Shown: one piece after another, positions 49,722-58,262 of the stretch
Position numbering within the stretch: the first letter of the stretch is position 1
How the letters are laid out: each line of letters starts with the position of its first letter
Assembly: GCA_965213925.1 (NCBI GenBank)
Contig: OZ243927.1
Location: 1,664,001 to 1,728,000, forward strand
DNA from: Trueperaceae bacterium
GTDB lineage: Bacteria; Deinococcota; Deinococci; Deinococcales; Trueperaceae
Length of the DNA stretch: 64,000 nt
Direction of reading: 5' to 3'
Notes under the pieces: model-generated
Database searches by the model: none
What the model saw: only the letters and a program-made list of their open reading frames with translations
Told to the model about the DNA's origin: nothing
Program-made: the position numbers and the translations under genes

Positions 49722-50060
49722 GTGGCTCGCTTTTACGCCGACGAGAACTTCCCCTTTCCCGTCGCCAAAGCCTTGCGTGACCTCGGGCACGACGTCCTCA
49801 CAGTCTTAGAGGCAGACCAGGCGGAGCAGGCTATCCCAGATAATGAGGTGTTGGCGTTTGCCGCAGGTGAAGCGCGGGCGGTCCTCACCTTGAACCGCAA
49901 AGATTTCATCGGGTTGCACCGCGAGAGCGCTGACCATACAGGTATCGTCGCCTGCACCTTCGACCCGGACTTTCTAGGTCAAGCGAGGCGCATTCATGAG
50001 GCGGTAAGCGGGCAGTTCGATCTCGTAGGGCAACTCCTACGGGTCAACCGCGAGCCGTAA
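49722..50060 (+). CDS. DUF5615 PIN-domain toxin-like protein
   Basis: FYADENFP, LGHDV, IPDNEVL, LTLNRKDF; directly follows DUF433. Confidence 0.88.
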   Translation: MARFYADENFPFPVAKALRDLGHDVLTVLEADQAEQAIPDNEVLAFAAGEARAVLTLNRKDFIGLHRESADHTGIVACTFDPDFLGQARRIHEAVSGQFDLVGQLLRVNREP

Positions 50061-50163
50061 AACGTCATGTAAGTACGTGAAGCCGCATAGAACTGGACGA
50101 TCATTCTCAGTTGAGTTTGTTCTAGCCGCGCACCGCTCAACGCTGGGTAAGCGTTGATGAACC

Positions 50164-50220
50164 TGCGCCCTAAGTCTTCGAAGTCAAGCTTACCTCTATG
50201 GAGCAAGCTCGCCAGCAAGC
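50164..50220 (-). pseudogene. 57-bp relic of an ADP-ribosylglycohydrolase allele
   Basis: 49 of 57 bases match 48959-49015 (hand count); encodes LLASLLHRGKLDFEDLGR. Confidence 0.75.
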
Positions 50221-50232
50221 TAGCCGCATCAT

Positions 50233-50457
50233 CTACTCAAGTTCAGCTAACATCTTTCGCAGCAGTGCCGCCGTTTCGTTCTTGACTCTGCGCCGCGCGT
50301 CGATCAAAGCGCCGAGTTGCTCCGTGTCGGGCGGCAGGTCGAAGCTAGCCGCCTCTTGGATACGCCCTTCGAGTTCCGCGATCCGTTCGCCCAGCACTCG
50401 GTGGCGCTCATTGAGACCTTCAAGTCGGTCCAACACCTCGGGGTCGAAGAGTTGCAT
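50233..50457 (-). CDS. Small coiled-coil hypothetical protein
   Basis: Heptad pattern; TAACCT-N6-ATG leaderless signal. Confidence 0.5.
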   Translation of the reverse strand: MQLFDPEVLDRLEGLNERHRVLGERIAELEGRIQEAASFDLPPDTEQLGALIDARRRVKNETAALLRKMLAELE

Positions 50458-50743
50458 TCCTACAGGTTAATCGGTTTCAGCAGGTCCGCGCTATTCTCCC
50501 TCACCCTGCCGACTCTTATAGAAAGGCTAATATCTTGATGCCGCTAAAGAAGAATGACGTAAAGAAAGATTCGCATCCTTTGCTTTCTTTTCGTAATTCA
50601 CTAAGAAAGTTTCTTTCCTTATTAGCTCGCCAAGAGGTTTGCTGTAGGGCATTTGAGGTAATGGTTGACGGCTAATTCTTTCCTCAAACTTTACACAAAC
50701 TCTGAATTCAGAGTTCACAACTCATCATGACGAATTTTTCAGA

Positions 50744-51088
50744 GTGTGGTGTTTCTTCTTGCAGAGCGTTTTCGACATAGCGCAGTGGGCGTTCAGGACA
50801 GCGCAGCAGCTCATCGCGCTTTTCGAGCAAGACCGAGGACGGGCGGGCACGTTGCGGCGTGGGGCGGGCTCTGCTTTGCAGGTGTTGCAGTACGCGCAGC
50901 GCAAGATGGTCTTCTCGGTACCCGAAGCGGACGAGGCGCTTGGCATCTCGCCGCCGACGATTCGCAAAGCGGTGGAGGGGCTCGAGACACTTGGCATCTT
51001 GGACGAGGTGACGGGCAAGGGGCGCAACCGGGTGTGGGTGTACCGGGAGTACCTGCGTATTTTGGGGGAGGGAACGGAGCCTCTATAG
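50744..51088 (+). pseudogene. C-terminal wHTH remnant of a Fic family protein
   Basis: W.FFLQSV...ISPPTIRKAV..LETLGILDEVTGKGRNRVWVY.EYL.IL resembles Fic C-termini; no HPFxDGNGR motif present. Confidence 0.7.
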
Positions 51089-51273
51089 AAACACTCGACT
51101 AAACAGCTCATAAAAGGCTAGCAAATGCAACACAAACCTTCTCTCTCTTGCGAGTTTTTTCATGGCATGCCCCCAACCATGCTGGGTTATCATGCAAAAC
51201 TCATGATACGAAAAATTTCGCTTCGACTCGTCTTCACTAATAGTGGAACGAATGGTCAGTGGTAGGAGACTCT

Positions 51274-54200
51274 GTGGAAGAATCATCAGTCCAGGACAAA
51301 GCGCTGCGGCTCGTCCAGTTCTTGCGCGAATATGTCCAGCTCAGAACGTCGATTACGCGCGACGTGCGCGACTACGCCTCAGCCACGGACGGCGGCGTTT
51401 TTTGGCTCAAAGACTTACCCGAGCACGACCACTGCAAAGCGGTCTTCGCGCAAGACCGCTTGCCGGAAGATGTCTGGCTGAGCGTTCAAAAACCAGACTT
51501 AGAAGACCCGCCAGAGCCGAAGCTGGGCTTGAAGCCCTGGGTCAATAACGCTGCTCGGCTACAGGAGCCCGCCCTTCGAGATAAAGTCTTTCTCCCTAAT
51601 CCCGCCTTTGTCGAGGGTGAGGACAGTGCAGCCGAGTTGGAGCACGCCCTCGAAGACAACCCCGAGGTCCAGGAGATGTGGGAGGAATATCTCCAGGAGT
51701 GGCGTCGTTGGCGCTACCAAAATCAACGAGAACTCGCTGTCCAGAACGCCTACAACACGCTCTACAGCCTCTACAGAACATTCAACCAGAACCGCGAAGC
51801 TTCAGAACTTGTCGTCGGTTTAGGGTTAGCAACTTGGAAACCAGAAATTGACGCGCCCGTTCGTAGACACATCATGGTGGCGAAAACGGAACTGGCATTC
51901 GACCGCGTTCGCGGGATCATCACCCTCCGCTGCCCTTCACCGCCAGAAGGGGCGTCGCTCTCGCTCGAGGACGAGTTCTTGCCGGTCAAGCCGGACCTAG
52001 CGGAGCGGGCCAGGATCAACGACTTCATCGAGGAAGTCGGCAACGACATTTGGGATGAAGCCAAGCTGAGACCCGCGTTTCGGGCACTCGCCAATACGGT
52101 AGACGCAAGAAATGACTTGAGCTTCGAGCTAGAGCCGCAGACTACTCAGGGTCCGCACCTAAATATCGCGTTTGCGCCCGCCCTTATCTTACGTAAACGC
52201 GGGCTCTCCGGCATTCTCAAGGTTTACGATGACATCGGTCAGCAAATCTCTTCTCAGGGTTATGTTCCATTGGGACTGACGCGGCTAGTCGAGACGCAAG
52301 ATGACGCTTTACCTAAAGGTCAAAGTACCCACGAAGATACGGCGTCAAGATTATCGCCTAACGAAACCCTCTACTTCCCTCTGCCCACGAATAGCGAGCA
52401 GGAACGCATCGCAAAAAGCCTCATGCAGCGGCAAGGGGTCCTCGTCCAGGGACCGCCCGGTACAGGCAAAAGCCACACTATCGCGAACCTCGTCAGCCAC
52501 CTGCTCGCCCAAGGCAAGCGCGTTTTGGTGACGAGCGAGACGGCGCGGGCTTTGGAAGTTCTTCAAGATAAAATCCCGGAGCCTGTCCAGGCACTCTGCG
52601 TGAGCCTTTTAGGAGCCAGCAGCCAATCGTTCTCGGAGTTGAATAAATGTATCAACGACATGACCCAGCGGCACGCCCACTACAATGCGTCCGCTTACGC
52701 CGCCAAAATCGAACGCCTAGAGCAGAAGTTGTCAGAGGCGAAGGCGCAGCGAGCAGAGGTCAACAAGGAGTTGATGACGCTTCGAGGGGCAGAAACGCGC
52801 TCGGGTCAAATCAATAGCCGGTATAGGGGTACCGCTTCAAGTATAGCGAGGCAAGTGCAAAGAGATAAACCCCGCTACGGGTGGTTCAGGGCTAAAGACC
52901 GCGACGAGGCTCCCCTCACCACCTTAGAAGCCCTTGAACTCCTCGAGGGCTTGAGGCGGTTCACTCCTGAACATCGGCAGACACTGAACTTGCAAACGCC
53001 TAGTCGCGAAGATTTACCTTTACCTACAGGAGACGAGTTCGCGGAGCTTGTCGAACACGAAAACTGGGCTAGGGACGGGCGCACCGGCTTCGACGCGGTT
53101 AAGGGTCAGGAAACTTTTCGCGAGATTCAGAGGCTGGAGACCTCTTCTCGAGCAGAACTCTCACAACTAGCGGGTGAGTTTTTGGGTGCGCTCAGCTCTC
53201 TGCGGCAAAGACGAGAGCCCTGGGTTGACGAAGTTGTCAGTGATGTCTTAGCGGGACGCGCGAGCCGCTGGCAGGTTCTCTACGACAACACAGACCCCCT
53301 ATTCAAAAAGGAAAACCTGCGAGAGGGAGCGAGGCTCGCAGACACCACAAGGACACAACTGCCCGAAGGCGCTGACTCTCAACAGGTTCTCGCAGACGCC
53401 CGCGTCATGCGCGACCACCTAGAGAGCGGTAAGGGCTGGGGCTTTCTCGGCATCCCGTCCGGTCCGGCAAAGGGCAAGACGTATCTGCGCAAGGTGAACG
53501 TTGACGGTAAGTCGGCGGAGACATACGAAGTGCTGCGGCAGCTCACCTTCATCCTCTCGTTTAAGGAAAACCTGGCGCGGGTGTGGCAGTACTGGGCGGA
53601 CAAAGTCACGCGCCCAGACCTCTACGAACTCCAGGTCGTCGAGCTGGAAGAGCAGTCGAGCACGCTCCAGAGTGTGCTGGACCTTCAAAAAGTCGCGCAA
53701 CGACTCAGGAACACACTTGCCGAGTGCAACTTACACCTCACTGTAGAGGTCTCGCCCAAAGGCGTCGAGCAGCTCTCGCGACTCTTAAAGGCGGCGGACG
53801 CAGAAGCCTCCTTCGAGCTGAGCGCCGAGCCCCTCGAAGCCCTTCACGAAGAGTTGCGCTACCTAGCGCAAGGCGAAGCGGTCCACCCAATAACGCAGCG
53901 CTTTCTCGACGCGCTGCGTGAACGCGACAAGCGTGAGTGGGCGGCTACTTATAATCAATTCGGCGACATCGAGAGCGAACGTACCGAGATGCGCCGAGTT
54001 GATGAGCTGCTGGCGAGGCTGGAGCAAGTAGCGCCAGAGGTCGCCGCTTCTCTGACCAGCGACCCTGCTCACAGAACTTGGGACGAGCGTATAGGGCACT
54101 TTGAAGAGGCGTTCGCGTGGTCGCACGCCCAGCACTGGCTGAATAAGCTCAACGACGCGAATTATCACCGCGAATTGGAGCGCAACTACGACTTGTTGAG

Positions 54201-55773
54201 CAAAAAGATCAACGACATCACAGCAGAACTCGCCGCAGAGAAGGCTTGGCACCACTTCCTGAGCCGACTCACACCTAAACAGAGCGCGAGTCTTCAGGCT
54301 TGGCAGCAAGCCATCAAAAGAGTTGGTAGAGGCACGGGACGACACGCCGCCAGATACCGCCGCGTCGCTCAGGAACATATGGCAGAGTGCATTCCCGCCA
54401 TTCCCGCCTGGGTCATGCCGCGCTTCCGCCTTCCTGAAACGATGTCTATAAAACAGGGGATGTTCGATGTGGTCATCGTAGACGAGGCGAGCCAGACAGG
54501 TATTGACGGGCTCTTCCTCAATTACATCGCTAAACAAGTCGTCGTTGTAGGGGACGACCAGCAGATCAGCCCCTCGAACGTGGGCATATCTGAAGAGAAA
54601 GTAACTGAGTTGCAAGGCAGATACCTAGACGGTATTCATCTCGGCTCGCTCATGGGTCCCGCTGTGAGCTTCTACGACATGGCTAAGATTCTCTTCCAAA
54701 GCCAGAGCAAGATCGTCTTGCAAGAGCACTTCAGGTGTATGCCCGAGATTATCCGCTTCTCGGACACCCTTTGTTACGCGGCGAGCGGGACACCCCTCAT
54801 CCCCTTGCGCAATTATCCGCCGGATCGACTGAAGCCCTTGCAGAGCGTGTACATTTCTGAGGGCTACCAAGAGGGCACGTCGAGCAACGCCGTCAACAAG
54901 CCAGAAGCGCGAGCCGTCGTGAACACCATCCTGACATGCGTCAACAGCCCTGAATACGAGGGGAAGACGATGGGCGTCATCTCTCTTCTAGGCAAAAGGC
55001 AAGCCGACGCCATCGGCAATATGCTCATCGAGGAGCTGGGCGCGGAAGAGGTCGAAGCCCGCAACCTCGTGTGGGGTGACGCCTACAGCTTCCAGGGCGA
55101 CGAGCGGAACGTGATGTTCTTGAGTTTAGTTTCAGCGCCAGGAGAGCGTGCGGTCTCGGCGCTAACCTCGGAGTCGGCTAAGCAGCGCTTTAACGTCGCG
55201 GCGAGCCGAGCTAAGGACCAGATGTGGCTCTTCCGCAGCGCCAAGTTAGAGCACATGAGCCCCAACCTGAACTGCGTGCGGCGCAAGCTGGTCGAGTTCT
55301 TCACCCAGCACAACCACGCTGTCCTGAACGAACACGGTATTGAAGATATTGCTCAGCTTGAAGTTGAAGCGCGTCGAAGAGGTGAGCAGAGCGTCGCCCC
55401 GTCGCCCTTCGACAGTTGGTTTGAGGTGGACGTGTTTCTCGACCTCCACCGCCGAGGCTATAGGGTCACTCCGCAGTTCCCGGTGGCGCAGTACCGGATT
55501 GATCTCGTTGTCGAGAGCCGAAGGGGGCGACTCGCTATAGAGTGTGACGGCGACTTCTGGCACGGACCTGAACAGTACGCCCACGACATGGAGAGGCAAC
55601 GGCAGTTAGAGCGCTCCGGCTGGGAGTTCTACCGGATACGGGGTAGCCACTACTACACGGACCCGCAAAAAGCGCTGGAGCCGCTCTGGGAGGAGCTGGA
55701 GCGCCGCGAAATCTATCCAGCGCGTGTTGAATCCTTAGACGAAGATACGCTGCCAAAGGTGGCTCACCTATAG
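51274..55773 (+). CDS. Large SF1 (Upf1/DNA2-like) helicase with C-terminal Vsr/DUF559-like endonuclease
   Basis: QGPPGTGKSHT, DEASQ, VGDDQQ, EHFRC, FQGDE, FNVAASRA; FDSWFE...YRIDLVV...AIECDGDFWH; AGGAG RBS before GTG 51274 (the ORF extends to 51259). Confidence 0.9.
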   Translation: MEESSVQDKALRLVQFLREYVQLRTSITRDVRDYASATDGGVFWLKDLPEHDHCKAVFAQDRLPEDVWLSVQKPDLEDPPEPKLGLKPWVNNAARLQEPALRDKVFLPNPAFVEGEDSAAELEHALEDNPEVQEMWEEYLQEWRRWRYQNQRELAVQNAYNTLYSLYRTFNQNREASELVVGLGLATWKPEIDAPVRRHIMVAKTELAFDRVRGIITLRCPSPPEGASLSLEDEFLPVKPDLAERARINDFIEEVGNDIWDEAKLRPAFRALANTVDARNDLSFELEPQTTQGPHLNIAFAPALILRKRGLSGILKVYDDIGQQISSQGYVPLGLTRLVETQDDALPKGQSTHEDTASRLSPNETLYFPLPTNSEQERIAKSLMQRQGVLVQGPPGTGKSHTIANLVSHLLAQGKRVLVTSETARALEVLQDKIPEPVQALCVSLLGASSQSFSELNKCINDMTQRHAHYNASAYAAKIERLEQKLSEAKAQRAEVNKELMTLRGAETRSGQINSRYRGTASSIARQVQRDKPRYGWFRAKDRDEAPLTTLEALELLEGLRRFTPEHRQTLNLQTPSREDLPLPTGDEFAELVEHENWARDGRTGFDAVKGQETFREIQRLETSSRAELSQLAGEFLGALSSLRQRREPWVDEVVSDVLAGRASRWQVLYDNTDPLFKKENLREGARLADTTRTQLPEGADSQQVLADARVMRDHLESGKGWGFLGIPSGPAKGKTYLRKVNVDGKSAETYEVLRQLTFILSFKENLARVWQYWADKVTRPDLYELQVVELEEQSSTLQSVLDLQKVAQRLRNTLAECNLHLTVEVSPKGVEQLSRLLKAADAEASFELSAEPLEALHEELRYLAQGEAVHPITQRFLDALRERDKREWAATYNQFGDIESERTEMRRVDELLARLEQVAPEVAASLTSDPAHRTWDERIGHFEEAFAWSHAQHWLNKLNDANYHRELERNYDLLSKKINDITAELAAEKAWHHFLSRLTPKQSASLQAWQQAIKRVGRGTGRHAARYRRVAQEHMAECIPAIPAWVMPRFRLPETMSIKQGMFDVVIVDEASQTGIDGLFLNYIAKQVVVVGDDQQISPSNVGISEEKVTELQGRYLDGIHLGSLMGPAVSFYDMAKILFQSQSKIVLQEHFRCMPEIIRFSDTLCYAASGTPLIPLRNYPPDRLKPLQSVYISEGYQEGTSSNAVNKPEARAVVNTILTCVNSPEYEGKTMGVISLLGKRQADAIGNMLIEELGAEEVEARNLVWGDAYSFQGDERNVMFLSLVSAPGERAVSALTSESAKQRFNVAASRAKDQMWLFRSAKLEHMSPNLNCVRRKLVEFFTQHNHAVLNEHGIEDIAQLEVEARRRGEQSVAPSPFDSWFEVDVFLDLHRRGYRVTPQFPVAQYRIDLVVESRRGRLAIECDGDFWHGPEQYAHDMERQRQLERSGWEFYRIRGSHYYTDPQKALEPLWEELERREIYPARVESLDEDTLPKVAHL

Positions 55774-56168
55774 ACTCATTCGAGTACTAACGGACAGCCG
55801 CCCGAAACCCTTGTCACGTTAGGGAGTAACAGTCTACCGAGAACCACACCAAACGCCTTACTCGAATAGGCGAGGAACAACCTTCTCATCCTGTTAGACA
55901 CAGGAATCTCCGTGTCGGAGACCGTCGGGAAGTTGCAGAACGCCGAAGCTCTCGAGCTAACACGGCTTTACGAGACGGCTCTCTCGAGGGGGTTCGAGCC
56001 GCCCGTCAGCAATTAAGGAGTCCCCAGGGGTTCTTTGAGAAAGGTACTACTGCCAGCAGTTTCTCGACATACTGAAACAATTGAGCGCAGGTATCATCCC
56101 TTAAAGTGTGTGGTAAGCATCGTTTTGCAAAGTGAGAGTGTCTCTGACCAGATGATACCTGCTATGCC

Positions 56169-58262
56169 TTATGCGCCCAAGTCGTTCACAAATTCAGACG
56201 CTGGCTCCACCCCCGACACGAACAAGAAGTCCCGCGCCCGCGTACACGCCACATAGAGCAAATGCCGTTCCGTGTTGTAGACCTCTTCTAACTCAGCGTC
56301 GTCCGTAACGGTTTCTATCCTCTCTTGCAGCGGCAAGACCTCGTCGTCGCAAGCCATCACCACGACAGCGCGAAATTCGAGCCCCTTGGCGTAGTGCATG
56401 GTGCTCACAGCGGTGTGACCTTCTGGTAACTGATAGTTCTTGCTCAGTACGTGAAAAGGAAGCTCGATCCTTTCCACCGCGCCCTTAGCCCGCTCTAGCT
56501 GCTCATCCGAGCGGACGAACACGCCTATTTCTTCGGGCTTCACCCCTTTGCTTTTCTGCTCTGCAAGCCACGCGCTCACAGCCTGCACCTCATCCCCTGG
56601 CGTGTCGAAGGTCTGAATGACCGGAGCAGGTCCGTTAAAGACCGAGATGGTCCCCTTACGTTGCTCCTTGATACCGTCCACATCGGCGAGTTCAGGCGCG
56701 AGCAAGAGGTCCGCTTGCATCCTGATCTGGTGCGAAGTGCGGTAGTTGATGTGCAGCGTGTGGGAACGTCCGCGTACGTCTACACCTAAAGCCTTCCACG
56801 AGAAGGGCGGCTGGAAGATGCGCTGACCCAAGTCGCCCGAGAAGAAAAGCCCATTAGGTTTATCGCCCACCAGCGCCGCTAAGAACCTCAGTTGCGCGAC
56901 GCTGACATCTTGCGCCTCATCAAGAACGACGTAGTCGAAGGGCGAGGGCTTCTCAGCGTATGAAGCGGTGAGTTCCTGGTACATGCTCGAGACCGTCAAC
57001 AACCCACGCGCCTTGAGTCCAGCGCGAACGTGCTCGAAGAGCGACCATAAGACTTCACGCTGCTTCTCAGGCAAGCGCCGCCGCCTGCCCAAGCGCGGTA
57101 CGTCTCGGTAGCTCTCCCAATTATCCAGTTGCCATGCGTCCACAATCTGCTCCCACTCAGCGAGCAGGAATTGCGGGCTAAATGATGCACCTTCAGCCTT
57201 CGCAGCCGCTTCATCTAACAGCGCGGCGACATCGGCGCGTGTTGCAAATATGGGTTGCTTGCCGCTCAGTTTGTAGAGGCGCTTAGCAACGGCGTCTAGG
57301 GAGTAAACATCTATTCTCTCCTTGAGACGCGGCTGATTGCTCACTAGTGCTCGCAGCTTCACATCTAGCGCGTTCGCGAGCGAATTAGAGAAGGTCGTGA
57401 GTAAAACTCTCGCTTCATCATCCTCACGCGCTAAAAAGACCGCTCGGTGCAGCGCCACCACCGTCTTGCCCGTACCCGCTGAGCCCGCCACCCTAGCAGG
57501 TCCACCATAATCACGCTCTACCAGCTCACGCTGGGCAGGGTGCAAGAAGACCGTCCACTTCTCCCAGGGGAATTCGAGCGCCCGCTCTAATGTCTCCACG
57601 TCATTCATCACCCTGAAGCGCCGCTGCGCGTCAGGATGGGCGAAGGGGTCCGCGTCCTCGGGGAGCGGCTGCGCGACCTGTGGCGTTACCCCGACAGCGA
57701 GGTCTAGTAGCGCCTCAGCCGCCTCTTGGGGCAGGTGGTCCGCCAAGTTTAGCAGTGTCTCCTCAGTTGCTTTTTGCACATCTTCCAACCACTCAGGCGG
57801 CACGCCGTAAGCGAGTAAATCCTCTTCGGACATGTCGGCGAAAAGTGGCGAAAGTTCGGTCTTTACCTCTTTCTGAGGCTCGGACTGCGGCACTTCGGCT
57901 TCGATATAGCTAGGAATCACGATCTCTTTGACCGTCTCTCGCACCTCCACAAGCTGCGCTGCGCCCGTTTTAGGATGCCGCTCCAGCTTGCGCCGCTCCC
58001 CCCAGCGGTACGCCTCGTCATGATGCGCCACGTAGCAGAGCAGCAGGCTCCGCTCAGACCTGTGCACGATGAGCCGCACATCGAGGTTCACCCGCGCTGA
58101 CCAGAAGCCGTCGTCTTTGGCGCGTTCCAGGCGGTGCAACTGCATACTCGGATGCGCTGGGTTGAGTTGCAAATCGAACGCTGTCGTCTTCACCGCCCGC
58201 TGCTCGTCGGCTGTGAGCTTCGCTAAACTATCCGTGAAGGTATCGGCAATCAAGAAATCCAC
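56169..58262 (-). CDS. UvrD/SF1 helicase with N-terminal RelE/ParE-superfamily domain (copy 3)
   Basis: FWSARVNLDVRLIV...YVAHHDEAY; GSAGTGKT, DEAQD, HYAKGLEF, LYVACTRAR; GTG overlaps the mod stop (TAGTG). Confidence 0.9.
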   Translation of the reverse strand: MDFLIADTFTDSLAKLTADEQRAVKTTAFDLQLNPAHPSMQLHRLERAKDDGFWSARVNLDVRLIVHRSERSLLLCYVAHHDEAYRWGERRKLERHPKTGAAQLVEVRETVKEIVIPSYIEAEVPQSEPQKEVKTELSPLFADMSEEDLLAYGVPPEWLEDVQKATEETLLNLADHLPQEAAEALLDLAVGVTPQVAQPLPEDADPFAHPDAQRRFRVMNDVETLERALEFPWEKWTVFLHPAQRELVERDYGGPARVAGSAGTGKTVVALHRAVFLAREDDEARVLLTTFSNSLANALDVKLRALVSNQPRLKERIDVYSLDAVAKRLYKLSGKQPIFATRADVAALLDEAAAKAEGASFSPQFLLAEWEQIVDAWQLDNWESYRDVPRLGRRRRLPEKQREVLWSLFEHVRAGLKARGLLTVSSMYQELTASYAEKPSPFDYVVLDEAQDVSVAQLRFLAALVGDKPNGLFFSGDLGQRIFQPPFSWKALGVDVRGRSHTLHINYRTSHQIRMQADLLLAPELADVDGIKEQRKGTISVFNGPAPVIQTFDTPGDEVQAVSAWLAEQKSKGVKPEEIGVFVRSDEQLERAKGAVERIELPFHVLSKNYQLPEGHTAVSTMHYAKGLEFRAVVVMACDDEVLPLQERIETVTDDAELEEVYNTERHLLYVACTRARDFLFVSGVEPASEFVNDLGA

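Noticed and set aside
50480..51250. AT-rich patches flanking the Fic remnant, with 63-67 aa ORFs
   Set aside because: They look like foreign scars, but no product or boundary could be assigned.
55861..56016. tRNA-like GGTTCGAGCC, and a short integrase-like peptide (ARNNLLILLDTGISVSE)
   Set aside because: No cloverleaf can be built. The peptide match is too short, lacks the catalytic Arg and follows a stop codon, so it cannot be supported without a search.
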